A stretch of 64,000 nt of DNA from Eledone cirrhosa (lineage: Eukaryota). Below, in pieces: positions 54,465-64,000 of the stretch. Position 1 is the stretch's first letter; every line of letters begins with the position of its first letter. Where the stretch lies: NCBI GenBank assembly GCA_964016885.1, contig OZ024742.1, positions 93,744,001-93,808,000 of the forward strand, in the 5' to 3' direction. The position numbers and the translations under genes are program-made. Below the pieces are notes generated by a model. That model was not told the DNA's origin, did not search any database, and worked only from the letters and a program-made list of their open reading frames with translations.

Positions 54465-56640
54465 TTGGATTAAAAATATAACATCCCTCCACCCGAAACG
54501 GACAACCATGTTCAATGACTGCTTGATGTCGGGTGAGGTACTAGAGTGGTTGACAAAAGGTACCACAGTTCTGGTAATGAAAGACCGAATCAAGGGTAAT
54601 GATGTTACCGACTATAGGCCGATCACATGTCTGTCCGTAATGTGGAAACTGTTAACAAGCATTGTGTCTGAGGAAATCTACCATCACCTCCACATAAACA
54701 ACTTGTTACCGGACGAACAGAAAGGACGCCGAAAGAAGTCTCATGGTACAAATACCAGTTACTTATTGATAAGATGGTAATGAGGAATTGCAAGAGGAGA
54801 CACACTGGTCTTGCCATGGGATGGATAGATTTCAAAAAGGCATTCGACATGGTACCTCATTCTTGGATAACCAAAAGCCTAGAGATCTTCAAGGTGGCAG
54901 ATAACATCAGACAGTTGTTGAGAAAAAGTATGAAGTCCTGGGAAACAGAGTTAACATCAGCTGGAGAATCCTTGGGAGGCGTGAAGATCAAGAGAGGTAT
55001 CTTCCAGGGAGATAGCTTGTCCTCTCTGCTGTTTGTCCTTGCCCTGATACCCTGCCCGTTATACTGCGAAAAGTGAGAGCAGGGTACAAGTTGGGAAAAG
55101 GAGAGCTTACCATCAACCACCTCCTCTTCATGGACGTTCTTAAACTCTTTGGGAAGAGTGAGAAGGAGTTGGATGTACTTGTTGACACTGTCCGTATTTT
55201 CAGCAATGATATATGTATTGAATTTGGTATTAATAAGTGTGGAGTCCTAGTGATGAAGAGGGGTAAATTGAGCAGAAGCAACGGAATCCAGGTACCAACA
55301 GGTGAGATGATAAAGGAAATTGACACTGAAGAAGGATACAAATATTTAGGTGTTCAGGAGGCAGATGACATCAAGAACAAAATAATGAAGGACTTGATGA
55401 GATCTGAGTACATAAGGAGAGTAAGGAGCGTATTAAAATCACATCTAAATAGTAGGAATGTCATAAGTGCAATGAATTCCCGAGCTGTGTCTATTATTAG
55501 GTACAGTGCGGGAATTCTGAAATGGAATGTTGCTGAACAAAAAGAAATGGATAGGAAGACTAGAAAGCTATTGACTATCTACAACATGTTCCACAAGAGG
55601 AGTGATGTCGATAGACTCCACTTAAAGAGATCTGAAGGTGGAAGAGGTCTTATCAGCATAGAGGACTGTGTTCAGATGGAGAAAAACAACCTGCACAAAT
55701 ACGTGACTGACAATAGGGAGCCAATGCTCAGAATTGTACTGAAGGAGAGGACAATAGACCAGGGGATGTCCAAGGAGGAAATAACAACAAGGAGGAAGAG
55801 CAACCTCCATGAAAAATACCTTCATAGTACCTTCTTTAGGAAAACTGGATTTAGAGATCCACAGACATGGAACTGGTTAAAAAGAGGAGACCTTGAAAAG
55901 GCTACAGAAGGAATGCTAATGGCTGCGCAAGAGCAGGCCCTCAAAACGAAGTGGCTGAAACACCATATTTACATGGAGGAGGCTAGCTCACTGTGTAGGA
56001 TCTGTGGAGAGAGGGAGGAGACTGTGGCTCGTATTTTATCCGAGTGTAAACACCTAGCCCAGACTCACTATAAAGGCTGGAGACATGATGTGATAGGCAG
56101 GGTGATCCACTGGCATCTATGAAAAGGAAACAATTTACCACGTTTTGAGAAGTGGTATGAGCATAAGCCAGAGTCGGTGATAGAAAACGATTAGGTGAAG
56201 GTGCTATGGGATTTTATGATACAGACGGATAAGAAATTGGAACACAATAGGCCTGACTTGGTGGTTTTGGACAAGGAAAAAAGGTTGTGCCTCATTGTAG
56301 ATGTAACCTGCCCATTTGATACGACAGTGTAAGAAAAGGAGTGGGAGTAAATTAACCGATACCAGGACTTAAAGTGGGAGTTAAAAAGGATTTGGAACTG
56401 CCATGAAATCAAGGTCGTTCCGATTGTCATAGGCGCACTAGGTACTATTTCAAAGAGTTTCCAAGGAAGGTTAAAGAAGATTAGTCCAGCCCCGCTTTTT
56501 GGAACACTTCAAAAGCAGGCTTGCTGGGAACATCAAGAACCCTCCGATACGTCCGGAATATCTGAAGCCGCAGGTAGTGGCTTGTTATTCATTTCAACTA
56601 ACTTTCCAGTTAACTAACATCCATGACTGAGACTCAAAGA
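54465..56640 (+). mobile_element. R4/Dong non-LTR retrotransposon, 5'-truncated and decayed, flanked by (TAA)n
   Basis: YRPITCLS, WIDFKKAFDMVPHSW, RGIFQGDSLS, NHLLFMD, YKYLG, CRIC...E, RHD, NRPD. Confidence 0.95.
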
Positions 56641-56664
56641 ACAATAATAATAATAATAATAATA

Positions 56665-59157
56665 ATGCTTTCTTTATTAACCACAAGGGTTTACATAAAG
56701 TAGACATTAAAGACAGTATAGAATAATACAGGACGGTACAAATGGGCATTTTTGCGTGTAAAAAATAAAAACAGAGGATGTAACAAAAAAATAACAATGA
56801 AGAATTTCCCAATACGGGGGAGACTTCCGTGGTACATTCGTGGAGAAAGCCCATTAAAAAGCCACAGTGACCCTGACCACTAGGGCAAGTGCCCTCTCCC
56901 GGTTTTCCATCTTTAATTTACAGACACATACTCAGAGTAGGCCCATTCACTCGGGCCATTCTTGCCTCTCTCACCCATCTTTCAACAACATGCTGGGAAG
57001 AGAGCACTTCCCTCTCTACCCTGATTTTCCTTTTCAAATGAAATTTGAAAAAGTTAATCAGGGCATCCCCGAAGAGGTAGGTGCTCGTCTTCAGCCCTTT
57101 CAAACATTTCCACGATACTATCTCTTTCGCCATGGCCACCAGACAGATAAAAACTGCCTGGCCTTCCCGGCTAATGGAAGAGGGCGGGGCAATCCTCACG
57201 ATGGACTCAGCTGATAGCTGGATCCGTCCTACACTCGACAGCAGGTGTTCGACATAAACCCACAAGTCAGCAATGCTCGAACACTGGACAAGTGCATGCA
57301 GGACGGTTTCGTCTCCCTGCGCGCATCTTGGGCATGCCCGGCTGACGGCACCTCCATGCCTGTAGAATTTATCCCGAACTGGCAAAGCTTCTCGGTAGCA
57401 CTGCCAGGCCAGGGATTTCTGGAAGTTGTCCATAGGCCCCGGCCCGAAAGTTCTTCCGAAGAGATTGGCTAGTTGATTTTCATCGACGCCTAGAGTTTCC
57501 CCAAGTACGTCGTCGGTCTTCCCCTCCACTAATCCTCTATAGAACGCCAAGGTGGAGTTTCCACCGATCATATTGCCGGATTGGTCGAAGGCTGTGAGCG
57601 CCTGAAGACATTCCAATCTCCAAGCGCTTCCTCTCGGTCTTCGCTTGACCCAGGACTGCAGCTCCGTCAAGGAGACAAGCTGGGGAAAGACGCGTCTAGC
57701 AAACGGCGACCACACCTGATCACCATCGAGAAAGAGGTGGAGATGTAGCCTGAGCGCGTGTCTACGCATCATCAGCCACGGCATTACCAGCTCTCCACGT
57801 AGCGGGCGTTGACAGCAGATGGACCGCATGACCATCGGAGCGTGTCCCTTCCACAAAAAGCGAAAGAGCAAACGCTCCAGCGCACTCAGGCGGGGATAAG
57901 GACAAGGTACGACAGTCAGGCGGTAGTAGATGACGGACGCGATGTATGCGTTAGCCACCTCCGCTCGACCTTTCAGGGATAGCTTCCTCTCCGCCCATTT
58001 CTGGGTGATAGAAGCCACCCTGCTCGTCACCTCGTCCCAGTTTTTGTCCGTCTGGAGGTCCGGACCGAACCAGAACCCTAGCAATTTAACCGGTCCGCCC
58101 GTCCAGCGCTCGACGACGCTATTGGACGGCATGGACCTGCCTCTCCAGATGCCGAGCTGCAGGCCCACTGACTTTTCCTGGTTGATCATTGCTCCTGTCA
58201 CCGCTTCGTATTCTCTAAGTGTATTGCCGATTGCCTCGATGTGTTTGGCGTTCGACACCACTACGGTGACATCGTGCGCATGTGCTGACACCGATCTTCC
58301 GCATCCTAGTTCGCGCGGGTTCCCCCTCAACGTCTCCCGTTTGTGCTGTAATGGCTCGAGAGACAATACGTACAAGAGGGACGAGAGGGGACATCCTTGG
58401 CGGACCGAGCGCATGATGTTGAACGGTTCCGAAAGGAGACCGTTCACTCTCACAACAGAGCAGATGTCGCTGTGCATGGCAGCGATCCAGCCTCTGAAGA
58501 CGGGCCCAAAGCCAGCCGCCCTCAGGGCTGCCGCTAGGTTACGATGGTCGACCCTATCGAAAGATTTCGACTGATCTAAATTGATCAATGACCCGCCCGT
58601 GCCAGGTTCCCTAGCTACCCTCTCTACGATGTATCGCATGAGGTGGAGGTTGTCGTGGATGGATCTGTCGGGAATGGCGTATGTCTGCGCCTCTCCCTCC
58701 AGTCCACCAACGACAAGCGCCAACTCTTTGCTATCACCTTGGCCAAAATCTTTAACTCTGTGTTTATCAGCGTTATGGGCCTGAAATTATCTATGTTATC
58801 CCCTTGTTCGGATCCTTTCTCAGCAGCGCCACAGCTCCTCGGCTCACAGATCTGGGAATTCTCCCGTTCTGTTGCCAGTTGCAGTAGACGTCCGCCAAGA
58901 GGCCTCCGAACAAATCTGGCATCTGTACGTAAAGTTCATAGGGCAGACTATCCAAACCAGGCAATTTACCCCTTGTGCAGCCAGTCATTGCCTCCCGTAC
59001 TTCAGCGGCTGTAATCGGCTTTTCGCAACACTCCGCCTTAGTGGCCGAGAGCCGCGGCAGTCCGTCGAGGTAGACACTAAAGTCCAACCCTCGATCCGGC
59101 CCGCCGCTGCCTCCGAACAGCTGAGCGAAGTGTCGCTGAAAAGCTTCACACATCTGC
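56665..59157 (-). mobile_element. L1/Tx1-clade LINE ORF2 (RT and zf-RVT), 5'-truncated and frameshifted; 3' end abuts the (TAA)n tract
   Basis: KLPGLDSLPYELY; LDQSKSFDRVDH; SVRQGCPLS; AHAHDV (degenerate YADD); RKLSLKGR; CPRC....ETVLHALVQC; 3' end aataaagaaagca-(tta)n. Confidence 0.92.
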
Positions 59158-59483
59158 CCATTTGACACGAGAGTGCAAGAAAAGGAGAGGGAGAAAATTA
59201 ACCGATACCAGGACTTAAAGTGGGAGGTAAAAAGGATTTGGAACTGCCATGTAGTCAGAGTCGTCCCGATTATCATAGGCGCACTAGGTACTATCTCAAA
59301 GAGTTTCCAAGGATGGTTAAAGAAAATTTGTCCAGCCCCTCTTTTTGGAACACTTTAAAAGGCATACTTGCTGGGAACATCAAGAACCCTCCGATACGTC
59401 CTGAATATCTGAGGCTGCAGGTAGCGGCTTGATATTAATTTCAACAAACTTTCCAGTTAAATAACATCAATGACTGAGACTCA

Positions 59484-59485
<2 letters not shown>
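59156..59485 (+). mobile_element. R4/Dong 3' fragment ending in (TAA)n
   Basis: CPFDTRVQEKEREKINRYQDL...PIIIGALG; shared 3' UTR. Confidence 0.93.
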
Positions 59486-59546
<61 letters not shown>

Positions 59547-61456
59547 TTTTGTCATTCAGCATGAAGACATGGAAAACGACACTCCTTTTGAATAGTGAAA
59601 CAAAATCACTGGAAGCTGGACAAATTAATATTAATTGTGGAATTTTTCAGGGTGACTCTTTATCACCGCTTTTATTCTGCATCGCACTTATACCATTAAG
59701 TAAAATGCTCAATGAAACAAAACATGGATATAAAGTCTATGACAAAACCATTAATCACTTGTTCTACATGGATGACCTGAAACTATTTGCAAAAAATGAT
59801 AAACAATTGCAAGGGCTATTATCCACTGTGGAGCAGTTCAGTGATGACATTAAAATGGAGTTTGGACTAGATAAATGCGCCAAAGCAACGTTCACCAGAG
59901 GAAAGCTGCTGAAAAGTTCAGACATTAATCTTGATCGAGGGAATGTGATAAGAGAACTTGATGAAGAGGAAACTTACAAATATCTAGGTGTTTGTGAAGG
60001 AGACGGAATCAAGCACTCGACAATGAGGGAAAGGATAAGGAAGGAATGTTACCGCAGAGTAAGAGTAATCTTAAGAACGGAATTGAATGCAAGGAATAGG
60101 ATCGATGCCATAAACGCGCTTGCCATACCAGTAGTAACCTACAGTTACAATATCATCAACTGGTCAAGCACAGAGATCCGTAGGCTCGATACAAAAATTC
60201 GAAAATTCTTAACCATACACAGAATGCATCACCCTAAGGCAGATACAGATAGAATATATCTCCCTAGGAAAGAAGGAGAACGTGGGTTAATCCAGTTAGA
60301 CATTGCGTTGAAAACTGCAACAATTGGATTATCTACATATCTAAGGGAATCACATGATTGGATGATCAAACTCGTTTTGAAACACGAAAGCATTAAAAGA
60401 TCATACTCCATTACAAAAGATGCACAAAGATACAGTAATGGACTACACATTTCAGAAGTCCCATTTACTACTGAAATGGAAAACACAGAAAAAGCAAAGC
60501 AGGTAAAAGTAACTGCAAAGAAAGAACTGCTACAGAAACTGGCTAAGAAATGGCAAGAAAAGCCTCTGTATGGAAAATACCCAGAACGAGCTAACAATCC
60601 TGATGTTGACAAAACTTTAACCCATCAGTGGTTGGCATCCTCTGGACTGAAATCGGAGACTGAAGGACTGATTATATCAGCACAAGATCAGTGTCTGCCA
60701 ACAAAAAATTACCAAGCCAACAATAAAAAATGGATGCAGCCTATTATGCCGTGTATGTAAAAAACAACCAGAGACCATTGACCATATAATTTCAATGTGC
60801 AGTCCTATAGCTCCAACCGAATACCTAAACAGGCATGACAGAGCTGCACAATACATAGATTGGATAATGCGTAAGCATTTTGACCTGCCCCATCAAATGA
60901 ATTGGTGGGAGCATCAACCACCTCCCATACTTGAAAAAGATCACATCTCAATCTTGTGGAACTTTAGCATCCAAACAGACCGAAAAATAGATGCAAATAG
61001 ACCTGATATAATATTGAAGGACTTTAAAGAGAGGGTATGCCTGCTAATTGATACGTCCGTTCCAATAGACAAGAATGTATCTATAAAAACATTTGAAAAA
61101 TTGAGCATGTATAAGGACCTGGAGATAGAAATTGGAAAAATGTGGAAATTGAGAACTAAAACAATACCAGTGGTTGTAGGCGTTCTAGGAATGATACCTA
61201 AGGGGTCTAATGATTACTTATCGCAAATCCCAGGAAACCCGCGTATAGGAGAAATACAAAAGATAGTACTAATGGGAACTGCCCATATACTAAGGAAGAT
61301 TCTGTCAATATAAGTACATCACAAGTCTAAACACTAAAGCTGCATGTGTGAGTATGTATGTTCTTTCTTGAACATGGCGGACCTTGTTGTCTCTTGAGGT
61401 CACTGGTTGTGACTTGGTGATAACTCGTATGAACATAAAGCAAGATAAATGCAGCT

Positions 61457-61457
<1 letters not shown>
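59547..61457 (+). mobile_element. Second R4/Dong family, 5'-truncated, one frameshift, flanked by (TAA)n
   Basis: ORFs 59549..60760 and 60795..61313: GIFQGDSLSP, HLFYMDDLK, RHD, NRPDII, PVVVGVLG; distinct 3' UTR. Confidence 0.95.
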
Positions 61458-61540
<83 letters not shown>

Positions 61541-63418
61541 TTGATAAGATGGTAATGGGGAATTGCAGGAGGAGACACACTGATCTTGCCATGGGATGGA
61601 TAGACTACAGAAAGGCATTTGACATGGTGCCTCATTCCTGGATCACCAAAAGCCTGGAGATCTTCAGGGTGGCAGATAACATCAGACAGTTGCTAGGCAG
61701 GAGTATGGGGTCCTGGGAGACAGAGTTGACATCAACTGGAGTATCCTTGGGAAGCGTGAAGATCAAGAGAGGTATTTTCCAGGGAGATAGCCTGTCCCCT
61801 CTGTTGTTTGTCCTTGCCCTGATGCCCTTGACCATTATGCTGCGAAAAGTGAGAGCAGGATACAAGTTGGGAAGGGGAGAGCTTACCATCAATCACCTCC
61901 TCTTCATGGACGATCTTAAGCTCTTCGGGAAAAGTGAGAAGGAGTTGGATGTGCTTGTTGACACTGTCCGTATTTTCATCAGTGATATATGTATGCAGTT
62001 TGGTATTGGTAAATGTGGAGTCATTGTGATGAAGAGGGGTAGGTTGAGCAGAAGTAACGGGATCCAGATACCAACAGGTGAGATGATAAAGGAAATTGAC
62101 TCTGAGGAAGGATACAAGTATTTGGGCGTTCTGGAGGCTGATGGCATAAAGAACAAAAAAATGAAGGAATTGTTAAGAACTGAATACATTCGGAGAGTAA
62201 GGAGCGTATTGAAGTCACATCTGAACAGCAGAAATGCCATAAGCGCAGTAAATTCCCGAGCTGTGTCTATTATTAGGTACAGTGCGGGAATTCTGAGATG
62301 GAATGTTGCTGAACAGAAAGAAATGGATAGGAAGACTAGGAAGCTATTGACTATCTACAACATGTTCCACAAGAGGAGTGATGTCGATAGACTCTACCTA
62401 AGGAGATCTGAGGGTGGAAGAGGTCTTATCAGCATAGAGGACTGTGTTCAGATGGAGAAAAACAACCTATACAAATACGTGACCTATAGTAAGGAGCCAA
62501 TGCTCAGAACTGTACTGAAGGAGGGGACAGTAGGCCAGCGGATGTCCAGGGAAGAAATAACATCAAGGAGGAAGAGCAGCCTTAAGGGAAAACCCCTTCA
62601 TAGTACCTTCTTTGAGAAAACTGAATTTAGAGATCCACAGACATGGAACTGGTTGAGAAGAGGAGACCTCAAAAAGGCTACAGAAGGAATGCTAATGGCT
62701 GCGCAGGAGCAGGCCCTCAAAACGAAGTGGTTGAAGCACCATATCTACAAGGAGGAGGCTAGCCCACTGTGCAGGATCTGTGGAGAGAGAGAGGAGACTG
62801 TGGCTCACATTGTGTCCGAGTGTAAACACCTAGCCCAGACCCACTATAAGGGCTGGAGACACGATGTGATGGGCAGGGTGATCCACTGGCACCTGTGCAA
62901 AGTAAACAATCTACCACATTCTGAGAAATGGTATGAGCATAGGCCAGAGGCGGTGATGGAGAACAATCAGGTGAAGGTGCTGTGGGATTTTAGGATACAG
63001 ACGGACAAAAAACTGGAACACAATATACCTGACCTGGTGGTTGTGGACAAAGAAAAAAGATCGTGCCTGATTGTGGATGTGGCCTGCCCGTTCGACACGA
63101 GAGTGCAAGAGAAGGAGAGGGAGAAAATTAACCGATACCAGGACCTAAAGTGGGAGGTGAAAAGGATTTGGAACTGCCATGAAGTCAAAGTGATCCCGAT
63201 TGTCATAGGCGCACTGGGGACTATCTCCAAAAGTTTCCAGGGATGGTTAAAGAAAATCGGCCCCTTCACGCTTTTTGGAACGCTTCAAAAGGCATGCTTG
63301 CTTGGAACAGCAAGAACCCTCCGATACGTCCTGAATATCTGAGGCTGCAGGTAGTGGCTTGATATTCAATCCAACGGACTTTCCAGTTAACCAACATCAA
63401 TGACTGAGATTCAAGGAA
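61541..63418 (+). mobile_element. R4/Dong copy, 5'-truncated but with an uninterrupted RT-CCHC-RLE frame to the stop at 63342
   Basis: WIDYRKAFD, QGDSLSP, FMDDLK, CRIC..ETVAHIVSEC, RHD, PDLVV..DVACP..E.EK. Confidence 0.96.
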
Positions 63419-63454
63419 TAACAATAACAATAATAATAATAATAATAATAAAAA

Positions 63455-63812
63455 TGATCGTGCCTGATTGTAGATGTAGCCTGCCCATTTGACACGAGAG
63501 TGCAAGAAAAGGAGAGGGAGAAAATTAATCGATACCAGGACTTAAAGTGGGAGTTAAAATGGATTTGGAACTGCCATGAAATCAAGGCCGTCCCGATTGT
63601 CATAGGCGCACTAGGTACTATCTCAAAGAGTTTCCAAGGATGGTTAAAGAAGATTAGTCCAGTCCCGCTCTTTGGAACACTTCAAAAAGCATGCTTGCTG
63701 GGAACAGCAAGAACCCTCCGATACGTCCTGAATATGAGGCTGCAGGTAGCGGCTTGATATTCATTTCAACAAACTTTCCAGTTAAATAACATCAATGACT
63801 GAGACTCAAAGA
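63455..63812 (+). mobile_element. R4/Dong 3' fragment flanked by (TAA)n
   Basis: Near-identical to 63059-63418. Confidence 0.95.
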
Positions 63813-63847
63813 ATAATACTAATAATTATTTAATAATAATAATAATA

Positions 63848-63965
63848 TTGTTTCTACTTCTGGCACAAGGCCAGTAATTACCCAGTGCATTACTGGTGCT
63901 TTATTTTATTGACCCCGTAATGATGAAAGGCAAAGTTAACCTGGCGCGATTTGAACTCAGAACGT
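63848..63965 (-). mobile_element. SINE 3' part in (TAA)n
   Basis: Matches 39957-40072. Confidence 0.88.
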
Positions 63966-64000
63966 AATAATTTCTTTATTGTCCACTCAAGCCAAAACAA

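Noticed and set aside
57930-58574. 214-aa plus-strand ORF
   Set aside because: Antisense shadow of the GC-rich Tx1 RT frame
61384-61540. Poly-Asn N-terminus of the 652-aa ORF
   Set aside because: Read-through of the preceding element's 3' UTR and (TAA)n tract; not part of the protein

Overview
This is AT-rich, repeat-saturated animal genomic DNA, probably intronic or intergenic. An octopod cephalopod is my inference from the SINE tails, RTE and Dong LINEs and dense (TA)n/(CA)n/(TAA)n tracts. There is no intact host gene; most ORF-track entries are microsatellite artefacts. Recognisable elements: two decayed RTE LINE copies, further RTE 3' fragments and RTE-derived short elements, a Gypsy RNaseH/integrase remnant with LTR, a split hAT transposon, a degenerate Naiad-type Penelope-like element (PLE) plus a second PLE C-terminal fragment, a same-orientation array of R4/Dong elements in (TAA)n with an opposed Tx1/L1 LINE, and tRNA-derived SINEs. 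The most striking signal is absent from the ORF track. About 14 hand-identified minimal type-I hammerhead ribozyme (HHR) motifs occur, including U3-A8 and U4C core variants. They sit in short non-coding units inserted in (TA)n that are often fold-back duplicated or terminally redundant. The clearest case is a 522-nt HHR unit present as two inverted, differently permuted, longer-than-monomer copies. This suggests a diverse (TA)n-targeted ribozyme retro-element (retrozyme-like) system mobilised by Naiad PLEs. A few candidate host micro-exons lie at 29.9-34.2 kb. All folds and alignments were read by eye and boundaries are approximate.
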